Shown here piece by piece: positions 13,801 through 25,219 of a stretch of 64,000 nt of DNA. Source of the DNA: Fistulifera solaris (lineage: Eukaryota); the NCBI GenBank assembly GCA_030295235.1, contig AP026125.1:1798001-1862000 (forward strand). The letters are read 5' to 3'. Positions within the stretch are counted from its first letter, which is position 1, and each line of letters starts with the position of its first letter. Below the pieces are notes generated by a model. It was not told the origin of the DNA. It saw only the letters and a program-made list of their open reading frames with translations, and did no database searches. The position numbers and the translations under genes are program-made.

Positions 13801-14817
13801 TTCCACATCTCCTGTTTTCAGAGCCTGGGAAAAGGACGCGGTGACAAAAACGTTGACAAGACAAGATGGGTGTTCCCATCTTCTCAGTCAGACCATGATC
13901 AGAATTTATCAGACCGACAACGAATTGCGACCATTAGTATGGCAACTGCATCGCGTACTTCCACCTTCGATAGACCAAGATACGGGTCCACCGTACGATT
14001 CTCCGAAACACATTCAATTGAAAGTGATGATTCGAAAAATCTTGTATTTTCAATCGCCGAGCGCACGCCAAGACGAGGGTTTTCTATCAAAGTGCGCATT
14101 GTCCTGAGTGCTCGGAGAGACAGTGAATGCGACGCTTACGTCTCTGCAGATATTCGTCCAATCGGAAAAGACATGTCGAACCAAGCGGCAGTCCACAAAG
14201 CTTTTCTCTTGGTAGTCGACGAAATTAAGCAACGATACGGGATGGACAACAACGGTCTTGTTTCATGTTTCTTTGCTATTGCCGACAAAGCGGACACGGA
14301 TTCGCCGAAGACTTCGCGAAAGAATATGGACAATGAGCCGCCTTCGGTTTCTCGTGTGTTTCGCAAAACTGACCCTTTGTTGGAGGAGAAAAAAAGTGAT
14401 CTGTCATCGGGTAAACGTTCGGCGACCAGTCCTAGTAAGACGAGAACCTCCGGTTTCGTTTCGTTAGAAGACATGCTGAAGACGGGCCGTACAAGTCCAG
14501 AGCCCTCGCCTGGGGGCTTCAATCCTAGCAGAGGTAAAGGGGAGAGCGGTTCATTTATACCCGAGATAGAAGATGAGAGATACGGCATGGCTCTTCACGA
14601 AAAAAGAAATAGACAGCCGGTCACAGTTGAAGTGAAACCTCTTCCCAAGATTCGTTTAAGTCTCATGCCATCGCCACGAGAGGAGGATGAAGAGGAAAGT
14701 AGCTCTAATACTCAACAACAACGAAAAAGCAGTCGCAGGAAGAAGTCGCACCCTACTCGCTCGAGTTCACGCAAAGCTCCTCAGAGCACAAGCTCAGATA
14801 CAAGAGTACAGATCTAA
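10857..14817 (+). CDS. SYLF/Ysc84-domain protein with N-terminal PDZ-like segment and C-terminal PH-like and possible VASt-like regions
   Basis: SYLF core GTGLVIARLSDGTWSAPSAI..GLQFGLEVAEYIFIL..YAKSQGLYVGVSLEGS; PDZ-like LGMTF..YVKSVLPGSLAQKAGVLPQD; intron 13038-13110; frameshifts near 13430 and 13830. Confidence 0.75.
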
Positions 14818-14873
14818 CAGCACCAGGTAGATCCACGCTACGTCTAGACGTCTAGTTTGAAAACCTTTATTTA

Positions 14874-15965
14874 CTAGAGCTTACTTTCGTTAAACCGGAC
14901 AATCATCGTGATACCTATTGGACTTCCCTTATCCATGTTTTCCAATTCTATAGCACCTTCCCGTAAAGAAACCTCTCGGCGCACTAACTTCGCCGGATCA
15001 AGCGATGAAGTAGCCACCATATCTAGCAATTCAGGAAGATCATCCGCAGCAAACCCATGAGAACCAATAATTTCTATTTCTTTACCTGCCACACGTCCCA
15101 TAGGCACCTGCGGTCGATGATCGCCAATGGGCAATCCCACCTGAACCATTCTTCCCGCCGGTCTTGTACAGAGAACAGCATTTTCGCACGTTTCGGCAAA
15201 ACCAGCCGCATCCACACACAGATCTGCACCATCCCCGCCACAAATTCGTTGTACTTGCTGACAGCAATCTTTTGCGGATGCTTGTACGACATGAGTTGCA
15301 CCCAGCTGTATTGCTAATTCGAGTCCTTCGTTTGACAGATCAATGGCCACAATAATGTTTGCACCCATCGATGCCGCCATCATGACACAGGAAAGACCCA
15401 CTCCGCCGGCACCAAAGATGGCTATTGATTCACCTTGTTGTAGTTGTCCCTGCTGTTTCACAGCGCGATAAGCCGTCGTGAATCGACACCCTAACGAGGC
15501 CGCTTGAACGAACGAAACCGAATCCGGAATGCGTTTGACATTCCGATCGGCACGAGGGATGGCTACATACTCTGCAAAACTGCCCCAATACGTAAAGCCA
15601 GGTTGTTGTTGATTCGAACACACAGTTGTGCGGTTTCGATGGCAGTATCGACAGTTTCCGCAAGATAGAATGAACGGAGCGGTGACTCGATCACCTACCG
15701 AAAACTGTTTCACCGAACGTCCTACTCGAACGACGATTCCACTGAGTTCGTGACCGGGTACAAAGGGCAGTCCGTGTTCTTTCACATCATCGTCGTGTCC
15801 TTTCCATCCGTGCCAATCGGATCGACATACTCCGGTCGCCATGACTTGAACGAGAACACCATCGGGAGAGATTGGCGGTATAGGCACGTGCTCGATCCGT
15901 ATAGGTCCACCAAATTCTCGATAGACAGCCGCTTGCATCGGTCGATTCGAGGACGATTGGGGCAT
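14874..15965 (-). CDS. Zinc-dependent alcohol dehydrogenase (MDR family)
   Basis: GVCRSDWH, PGHE, structural Zn cysteines CGNCRYC..C, GAGGVG; intronless. Confidence 0.93.
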   Translation of the reverse strand: MPQSSSNRPMQAAVYREFGGPIRIEHVPIPPISPDGVLVQVMATGVCRSDWHGWKGHDDDVKEHGLPFVPGHELSGIVVRVGRSVKQFSVGDRVTAPFILSCGNCRYCHRNRTTVCSNQQQPGFTYWGSFAEYVAIPRADRNVKRIPDSVSFVQAASLGCRFTTAYRAVKQQGQLQQGESIAIFGAGGVGLSCVMMAASMGANIIVAIDLSNEGLELAIQLGATHVVQASAKDCCQQVQRICGGDGADLCVDAAGFAETCENAVLCTRPAGRMVQVGLPIGDHRPQVPMGRVAGKEIEIIGSHGFAADDLPELLDMVATSSLDPAKLVRREVSLREGAIELENMDKGSPIGITMIVRFNESKL

Positions 15966-16762
15966 GCTTTGTCTCTTGAATCACAAGGTGTTCTGAATAT
16001 TAGAATCACAATCGTCGTCATGAATGCGGCAAGCGACGAAACATCACTCCGCAATCAGATACAGAAAATCCGTCAGATTTGCTGTCTACGACAAAACACA
16101 CAGAAATTCCGTCTGATGAAGGATGACCAAACAACGTGGTCTCTATAGTATACATCCAAACTGTATGTTACCTTTACAACGACTGCATCTAAGTCCGAAA
16201 TGACAACCTATGACGTGATGGTGAAGCGTGAAGATGGCCACAAATGATAGCACAAAATGTATTATCCTTTTCCAAGGCTTCATGTGTGTCGTCAACGTAA
16301 ATCACTGAGTTCAATTGAATGGCAGCATCTTGATTTACGCTGTTGAAACGACTGCCAGGTCACTATACAATCAATGTGTTAGTTTAGAGAGACAGCGACT
16401 AAATTTCAGTCACGCTCCAATTCCGGAAAAACTATTGATTAGAACGGCGGCAAATAAAGAGGGCCGCAAATGTAATCAATCTCAAAGGCTTCTATGGGTG
16501 TCGTTTGAAGTACAAACACAAAGAAATCAATCGTTACAGAATTTTTATTTGATAAAAATACTTATTTCTGTTCACGTAAAAATACGTCATGCATTAATTC
16601 TGTCTTTGCGACCAAAAATGAACTTCCAGATTTTCTGTGGACGAGAGAAACTACCGTCTAGATTTTTCTATCGGTTGTAAAGCGACGACGAGACATATTG
16701 CTTCGAAGACCATCAAGAACTTTTATAAAGTCATCAATAGTTTTGACTAAAATTCGCATTTC

Positions 16763-17892
16763 ATGGCTGCGAAACAAAGAAAGAACAAGGGGGTCAATAG
16801 TACGGAAGAGAGGAAACGAATTGACCGTAATGAACAAGCAAATAAGGCCAAGAAAGGATCGTTCGAGAAACAAGTTTCGTCCTCATCGTCGTCATCTCAT
16901 AGTTTGTTACGAGTAGCCATGTGGATGGCTATCATCGGTGCATTTCTAGCCGTATCAGTTATCTTTCCTTGGCAAAAAGACGTAAGTCATTATCGTTAAC
17001 TGGCAGCGTATTGCACAACTACCAGTCCAACATTTGCATTTCTCAAAGCAGGTTTCGACAACAACGCCCGCCGCTCCATCAACAAAAGAACAAAAGCAAC
17101 AATCTTCGATACCATCAAGTACACGGTTTGGTCGTTTCGAATTGTTAGAAACAGTACGTCACGATGACGATGCGTTTACACAAGGTTTACAGCTAGTCAA
17201 TGATACGTTGTATGAGGGCGTCGGACATTACGGAAAATCGGAATTGCGTCGTGTTGATTTGGCCACCGGAAAGGTTTTGCAGCGTCACAAACTACCACGT
17301 GAATTTTTTTGGTGAAGGGATTACTTATTTTGAAGACAGTAGGACTGGAAAGGGACGTATCCTTCAGTTGACGTGGAGAGAACAAACTGCATTTCTGTAT
17401 GATAGTGAGTCATTAGAACTCCTTCATCAAATCTCTTACAATACAAAGACGGGCCAGGGCTGGGGGATCACTTGGCGTCAGAAGCAATCCGCCTTTATTG
17501 TCAGTGATGGCTCTTCCTTCTTGCATTTTTGGGATTCGCAAACGTTTGCGGAAACGAAACGCACCGAGGTGTACACACTGTTGCACGGAGGAAAAGGAAA
17601 AGTCAGACATATCAACGAGCTGGAATACGAACCGATATCAGATACCGTGTTAGCAAATGTTTGGCACAATGATTTGATCTTACGAATCGACCCAGATACG
17701 GGATTTGTAACGACAATCTACGATCTGAGTAGTTTGTATCCTACCGAGCAACGATCGGATAGCGAAGCCGTTCTGAATGGCATCGCGCTAGTAGAAGGGA
17801 AGCCAGACGAGGTTTGGGTAACGGGCAAGCTTTGGTCTCATATGTTTAGAATTCGACTCATTGATCCGGATGACGATGAAGCACTAAGATAG
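16763..17892 (+). CDS. Glutaminyl-peptide cyclotransferase (plant/bacterial beta-propeller type) with N-terminal TM anchor
   Basis: AFTQGL, FFGEGIT, QLTWR, GWGIT, SDGSS, INELEY, ANVW, VLNGIA, VTGKLW; intron ~16982-17051; frameshift in the T-run at ~17303-17310. Confidence 0.9.
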
Positions 17893-17963
17893 CACTAATA
17901 CCTGACGTTCCCAACTACGAAAGACATACAACATTCATTACGTAATTCAAGAGACGGTCGACA

Positions 17964-19715
17964 TTAATAATACAAGCTGTCATCAACAGACTGATTGTCA
18001 TGATTGCTTTGTCTTCGAGCCGGGTATTCATCTTCGTCGTCGTCGTCATCATTCATTGGAGAGTCCTTGGCAGCTTCAAACTCTTGCGAATCGATGTATT
18101 GAGTGGGCTTGTAAGCCGACCGTAACGTGAGCATCCAGAACCCGGCAAACGCCACAACCAGCATTCCCATAAAGAGCCACATTAAAGCTGTCATTGAATA
18201 ATCACAAGTTGCATCGTAAGCTGTACTAGCATAGATAGGGACGATTGTATCGCATTTCGTCAAAGCGATCGTGCGGCTGAGAGCACTGACAACAACTTGC
18301 ATGATATCGACAATATCTATAATCATCAATCGAACGGATTCAAAGTCACGGTTACACAAGAGTTCGAGAGGTGCCATACTGTCGGTGTTCGACATGGTCG
18401 CGCCAAGCTGATCCAGATAAACTGAGGCATTGTTCTGACGAAAAAGTTAGACGAAAGAAGTCAAAAGGGAGACGAAAAGTGCAAAGAATTCTTACCAGCT
18501 GGACCTCAAGTTGCTCAATCTGCTCAAAAGGATCCCTCGTCTGGCAGTTAGTGATGTAGTATTCCGCCAGTTTGTATTCCTTTGTCGTGTTCGGATAACC
18601 TTGTAGCGGCAAGATGTTAAGCACGGTTGTGTCCACTGTCTGTGGACCATCTTGGTCTTTCGGCAAGCAAAAATCTGAATTTACACCCACTGCGATGATC
18701 ATGACCGTTGATACGACACATGCGGAGATGACCAAAATGAAGAAAAGCGGGAAGATGACCCAATTTACGAGACACGTAAACCAACGGAAATGTGCATCAA
18801 ACATCGCGAGAATTGTAGCTGACATGAGAATAGCAGGAATGATGGTGAAGGGTATTAAGATGATGAGAGACTGCCAAGACGTCAAATCGATATTGTCGGT
18901 TTCTTCTTGAACAGTACCAGCAGCACTCTGGAGTTCGTTCGAAGCTGACTCCAAACCGTCCAAATCATCTCCTGCGAAATTCTCAAGCTCCGATAAATAG
19001 GGGATGGCCTGATTCGCTTGGTTGACAATTTCTGTCGAGGCTCCCGAGTCTTCCAGGAGAGCATTACCTGGGCAAAAATTGTCGCCGTCTAGTTCTGTAA
19101 CAAGTTGTTCTTTGATACGCACAGCCGTTTCGCGCACCCCCCTTGATTGAGCTAAGAATATCGCTCGCTTCTCTGGAAAGACCATCAACAAGATAGGAGT
19201 TATAACTGACCGTATTGACAGTGCTCTGAAGATTCGCTAAACCATTTGTCACGGAAAGAATGGAAAAGATGATAAAAACCAGAGAACAAAGCAAGAACCA
19301 TACGCGAACCCGTGTTGACCGATGACGGAAGGAAGCTCCTTCATAAGGCTTCTCTGTGTAGCCCGGGTCGTCAACGGCTTGCTGAAAGCCCTGGCCTGCC
19401 CAAAACCCGACTCTGTGTTTGCCCATGCAACGGAGGAAGATAATCGCAAACAACCACACCAGAAAAAGAGTCATCATGAATATTCCCATGTAGATAAGAC
19501 CATAGATATAATCCTCGCTTTCTTCAGTAGTTCCAAAAGGTTTGTGATATCGCCCGAATTACCAAACCGTAACGATCCGGAAAATGCCGAGGCAAAACGA
19601 TGCTGGAGTGATCCGCAACAAAGAAAGAAAATGAGAACCTCGGCAAAATGACCCTTCCTGCTTATACCATAACTCCGCGTACCTCTCGAAAAGTGATTTC
19701 TCCTTCGTTCGACAT
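17964..19715 (-). CDS. Multi-pass membrane protein, Tweety-like (paralogue A)
   Basis: About five hydrophobic helices; RFGNSGDI, RVGFWAG, NSDFC, YYITNC motifs; introns 19603-19682 and 18422-18495; several frameshifts. Confidence 0.6.
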
Positions 19716-20336
19716 GACACTTTTAGGTATAAACGTTAGTAAGAGAATGAAAAGAAACTATGAATCCAACAACGAATCTATAAGACTCTCGCTTCCTTCA
19801 TTGCGGACGAGAACGGAGGTCGATGGTCGCGATGTCGATCAGCGTTTATCGGAGTCGCGCGCGCGATGCTTCTTCGTGCTAATATTTCAGCGTCTTAGCC
19901 GGATGGCGCAAAGACGTTTCGTGGGAATCCAGTACTAAACTTTACGTCTACTGTACATTCTACACTTACGTGATCAATCTTGCGTGTTTATCGTGAGTCG
20001 TGCGGACTACTTTTGTCGTGAAAGTACTTTCTATTGATAGTGAAAGCGCAGGTCACACTTGGCTTACATGCGCCGAATTGTGTTCCAGTTAGAGACTTAA
20101 GGACAAACTTAGCACTGAATATACAATCATGAATAGTTGTAAAACTTTTACATAGAGCGTCACCTCCTTCACCTCCCCCTTTTGATGAACAGGTTCTCCG
20201 GTCACATTTTCGAGGTTGCATTTTGGCAATCAATAACAACCCAACAAAAGGTTCGACAGCAGCGTTCAGCAAGAAGATTCTAAAGCGGATACAAACTACC
20301 TCTTTACAAATCTTTCCACAACTTGCTGCAAAAAAG

Positions 20337-22946
20337 ATGACTTCGGATGACTACAGCTCGGTAGGTGCACCAATCGTCAAATGGTATATGTTTCGATCGA
20401 CGCTTCTTTTTCTAATTTATTCTGTAAATACTTTTTACGTCTTTCAGCGGGTCGACTCAAATCTTGCGATGCGGAAAGCGCCAAGGTAAGCAATCGGTTG
20501 GCGACTCTCGACTTTGTTGGCTCATTAATGCTGAATCTTGATATCTTTTTGCTTTGCAGATTCGGTCATACGAGGGAGTTTGCGGCAGTCGCTTCGGAAG
20601 AGAGCCGTGACGAATACATTGACGGAGTAAGTTTCATGAAAGGATAATGAAAGATTGGATATCCAAGCTCACGTGTTTTTCAGCTTGCTGCCTTCGCAGT
20701 TTTCATTTTTGCTTTCATTTTTGTTTGGTTGGTGATCCTATTTCTCTTTAAATTTCACTACGGTGTCGACCGCGTTGGTTGGGCTGCTGGTGGGGATGTT
20801 GTTGATGTAGAATATATGAGGAAGCAGGGAATAAGTCGAAAGCAGAGAACACAACGGATTCGTCGCAATTGGCGCGTGCAGACTACCTTTCTGATTGCCT
20901 CAATGTGCATACCCGTGCTCTCGTTTTTATTGGTGAATCATGGACTAGAACCCTTCATTGAAAGCTTGACGGATATCGAAGACATGACCAACTATGTTGA
21001 TACCCAAGCGTTTCTTGGAATTTATACCGGACAACGGATCAACACAATATACAACAATTTACAGAACTTGGTCTCCCATAACGTCACAACGTCTTGTCCC
21101 GATTTTCCTTCCAGTTTTTTGAGTAATGAAACCCGCTTCACCATTGCACATGAAGGCTTATCCAATTCATTGACCGCTCTTCTACCGGTAGTCAATAAAA
21201 CAATTCCAACTACCGTCGAAGTACTTGAAGCATTGACAACAGCAACGAGAAAAGCAGAAGATATTGTTGATTTCATTGGCGGTCACGACTGGCTATTGAT
21301 CCTGCTACTGGCAGTTCTCAATATCATCAATGCTTTCTTGCTATTCGGTGTATTTTTGACGAAAAACAATGTGGACTATCCTGTGTTCCTAGCGTTTGTA
21401 GGCTATCTGCTGTTGCCGGCGTTTCTTCTTGCCCTGCTGGCGTTTGTGTGCACGAGTTGTCTCTTCGCCACCGCCGCCATTTCAAATGCAGGTAAGTCGT
21501 TCTTAGCCGAATGTGAAGCAAAGGAAGGTTGCGATCTAATCTTTCTCTTTGCACTGTTTAAATTAGATTTCTGTTCCGGGGGAGATGGTGTTCGAAATCC
21601 TATCGGTACATTTCGCGACATTTCAATGAGACTTGGCTATGAAGACAATAGCCTCCCCTTGACCGCTCTCGATTATTATACTTCAGTACGTATACCTTTT
21701 TGTGTTCCTAAAAACCGTTGAACGACACTCATCCATTAATTTTGCTTCAGAACTGTCGCGCTGAACATCCTCTAGCGCCCATAAGCGAGGCGAAACGATA
21801 TGTTGAGATGTCCACAATCCGTTTTGATCAGCTTTTGAATGCTCTAAAGTCGACGAAGTGGGAGGAGGTTCCCGATGGATGTGAAAAACAATTCCCTTTT
21901 TCCAACTCGTCGTTTTATGAAATATCCAATAATCTGGGTATGTTGCAAGACAATTTCAATCAAGTGTTGGAGTTGTCGTCTTGCTCCAATATGCGGCCGC
22001 TCTTCCAATACCTTTCCTCCGGTTCAATTTGCACCGAATCTGTTAAAGGATTGAGCGTTCTCTTCTCGCTCACGTTCGCAATATCTGTGTTAGGTCTCGT
22101 TTTGCTAACGACCCGGGCGGCTCTTTTCAACCCCGTAATCAGAGCAAGGCGCATTAAACGGAGAGAGAAAGAATTCAATGAGTACAAATGCTACATGGCA
22201 AGATACTACGATACAGATACATGGAAAATGGACCCGCCAAAACATTCCGAAAGTAACATCCAATGCTTATCAACGATGGAGTCTGACGACACATCGTCTC
22301 GATCGATTCTTACAGGTTCAGACGGTACCACTGTTGAAACGAAAAGTTCCATCGTGCGACACAATGAGGAGATAATGAACGTTTCGCTGCAGTCTGATGG
22401 TAGATTTTTCCGCAATAATCAGTTCTATCACGGAGAAGTCGAAATCATCTACTACTCCTCGGATTCGGACTCTGATGACGAAAACGGTGATTCGCTCTCT
22501 TTTCAAGGAGCTTAAATTCTAGCATGTCTACGTTGTCTGGGCTATTCTTGAATTCAAGGAGAGCAACGTCGCATCCCCAGAAAAGTAGATCAGAAGCGGA
22601 TCCACAAGCTTGTGCCACGGTAAAAGCATCGGATGGAACCGGGACCACTAGGTCAAATAATACTCGTCTGTTCTTTGGGACTAGAGCGTCTTTACCGAGT
22701 CCGAAGATGGTAAAACCAGAAGTACAAGAGCAAAGTCGGCATACAAGGGTCCCGTTAGATCATGTTGCCCCGCATCATGATATTGCAAACAATCCGCTTA
22801 GCCTTGGAGATATGGAAGTGTCTATCGACAAGTTATATGATGATTCTGGTGATCAACCCTTTGCTGAGGCTCCAGCTCCGCCTGACGCACCGCAAAAGAA
22901 AGTCAGTGCAGTTGCCCGAACATCTGGCGCTCGAACCATTGACTAG
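20337..22946 (+). CDS. Multi-pass membrane protein, Tweety-like (paralogue B) with long disordered C-tail
   Basis: RFGHTREF, RVGWAAG, SNADFC, DYY..NC motifs; introns 20361-20447, 20486-20559, 20627-20683, 21492-21566 and ~21686-21750; frameshift near 22500. Confidence 0.6.
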
Positions 22947-23462
22947 CCCAAGTGAAAAACCAACCTTAGCGCAACCTTGCTATACTTCAAGACCGCGAAA
23001 CTATGTACTCCGTATTTATAATCTCAACCCTTACACCTATTGTAAATCTTACTTGTCTCGAAACGAGTCTTGAAGAGAAACAGCGAGACTCATTCCGTGC
23101 AGGTGGCGAAAAGCTAAATGGAGAAAGAGGCGCAAACAACGACCACGTTTACCTCCGTATGTTTCTCAGCATTTCTCTCGTTCGTTGGTGTCCCCTTGCC
23201 CCTTACTGCTTCACAACTGAGAGGTCCGGCGTTTTATACCAATAACATACAAGTATCTTTGGCTGGGAACGCATTCATTGACCGAATCATGTCTGTTCAT
23301 TACATCCCGCCGTCTTTTCTTGATCTACTGAGCAAAATCACCGTCCAAAGGGAGCGGCTACTATTTAGCATGGTGTTTGACAAGTCCTTCCATTTAGTTG
23401 GCGCCGAACTCGCCTGTGATTAACGCCTCTTGTCGAACAGTCGACCCTCTTGACAAGCAAGA

Positions 23463-23528
23463 GATTTGATACAAATGAAAAGTTGATTCGTCAAAGATTT
23501 GATACAATTGGAAAGTTGATTCGTTAAA
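23463..23528. repeat. Two-copy 33-bp direct repeat
   Basis: gatttgatacaaatgaaaagttgattcgtcaaa followed by gatttgatacaattggaaagttgattcgttaaa. Confidence 0.8.
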
Positions 23529-24716
23529 AGAATCTGTGTTAGTTTGAGTATCGGTCGTTGTAAGATACAAGACCGCCTCATACCAAGAGTGCTGCCGTAC
23601 GCTGTAAATTGCTATTTGATCCAAAGTTTAAGGCGGTTGCGAGGCCGTCGACAAATGACAAGGAGAAGGCCAAGCGCTGGTTGTTCTTCCTGGTTCTATG
23701 GTGATCCCGAGTGACTTTCAGGAGTTTTTTTTTTAAAATATGCGTATTCTTCGGGCAAGAGAATACCATCCATTGCTCGGGACCAGCGGTCGTTTTCCGT
23801 AAGATTACTCATTACCCACGCACACCATTCATCATCATTATTTCGCAAACCACTGACGATGAGGAAGACTGGATTCTTCGGTGTGAATGTGAGGAAGTTT
23901 GTTGAGTTGAGAGAAAAGGCCATGAAGGTTTTATGGGTCAATTTGTAGCGCCATGACATGTGGAGAACAAATGATTCCATTCGTCCAATAATACCACACA
24001 GCGGACGGATATTCTTCAAATACCACCAAATTTTGTATCGAAGACACCGAGTCGTAGGTGGGGCGACACCGGTTGTCTTGCCAATTCTCTTGTGCTTCGA
24101 AGATAAATCACTTAGCGTAAAGTTTTCCCCACAGTATTCGGAAACGAATCACTCTCCGAGAAAACGAGAAGGGTAATAGACCTCTTTTGACAAGCGTGGG
24201 TGGCCTTGGATCGGTATAAGCACTTGTCTTCTCATAGAGAAATGGTCAAACTAACCTACAGATGCAAGCATGGGGACATAGCTTTCAAAATACAGCAGGG
24301 TTCTGCTCGCACGGTACCGGTATTTCACTCTTAGAATGTGTTCCGACCTGTAGGCTGCGTCTAACAATTTTTTTAAGAATATAGTCGACCCAACGTCACG
24401 AGAACAAATAGAAGTTGGGTTAGCGAGCGACTTTCGCGTCATTTTCCGCACCATGTCTCATACATTGGTTGATTAATAGGAATCCGCGAATTGTTATGAA
24501 TCTGTTGTTCTTTTCGTGTTTGGTGTTCCAATGAATGACGATGGTTCTTGTTTATAGTCTCTCTGCATGCATGTTCAATTCCTTTCCATGTATCCCTTGC
24601 TCATTCAACCAGCATTACTTTCTTTAAAGTAATAAAGGGAATGATATGAAATACGGAGTGATACCTGGTCCATTTGAATGAATAAAGGGAAAGACAACAG
24701 CAACGCAATACCAAGG

Positions 24717-24787
24717 ATATTTTTCACGTCTCCAGAAAATGTGGGCGAGTGGTATTTTCACGTGTTTAGAAAATGTGGGGGAGCAGT
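24717..24787. repeat. Left part of ~30-bp minisatellite interrupted by the copia element
   Basis: Units of tattttcacg(t/c)(g/c)tccagaaaatgtggg-like sequence; the array continues after the 3' LTR. Confidence 0.85.
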
Positions 24788-25155
24788 TGTTGAATAACCA
24801 GTCACGCACGTGTCTACAATAAACGGAAAGACATGTGCACTACATATTACATGATACTGAAAACGAGAAGCGAACAGCAATCTACCTAATCCCGAATCCT
24901 CGTTATTCAAAGAACTAACAGCTGCCGAAGGAACCTAAACTATTACTGACAAAGAACAATGCCAGCAGCTTCTGCATATTCTACATGAATCAAATGAGAA
25001 CAATGAAGAGACAAACAAGAATTCAAATCAATAGGATAACTTCATTTACTAGCTCATAATTTTAACAAGCAATCCGTTTGCAGCAATCCGTTTGCACCAA
25101 GTTAATTTTGTCAAGCCCAATCCATAGACGGCTCCGGCACCTGTGGATTTCAAGA
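24788..25155 (+). repeat. 5' LTR (368 bp)
   Basis: Starts tgttgaa and ends ttcaaga; contains a 14-bp tandem duplication agcaatccgtttgc at 25068-25095; no difference from the 3' LTR seen by eye. Confidence 0.95.
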
Positions 25156-25171
25156 CGCTTCCTCTGCGCCA
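25156..25171 (+). promoter_or_regulatory. Putative non-canonical primer-binding site complementary to the D-arm of initiator tRNA-Met
   Basis: cgcttcctctgcgcca directly follows the 5' LTR; its reverse complement TGGCGCAGAGGAAGCG fits the conserved eukaryotic tRNA-iMet segment TGGCGCAGNGGAAGCG (recalled, not searched). Confidence 0.65.
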
Positions 25172-25219
25172 AGTGACCATAAAGCTCCGCACTTTATAAC
25201 AACTACTTCGTTCGACGAA

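Noticed and set aside
24861..24875. Tf1-like self-priming through gaagcg inside the LTR
   Set aside because: Only 6 nt of complementarity, against 16-17 nt for the tRNA-iMet match
25060..25067. LTR ending at ttttaaca (canonical CA end)
   Set aside because: Identity between the two repeats continues 88 bp further, and the TSD fits only the ttcaaga end
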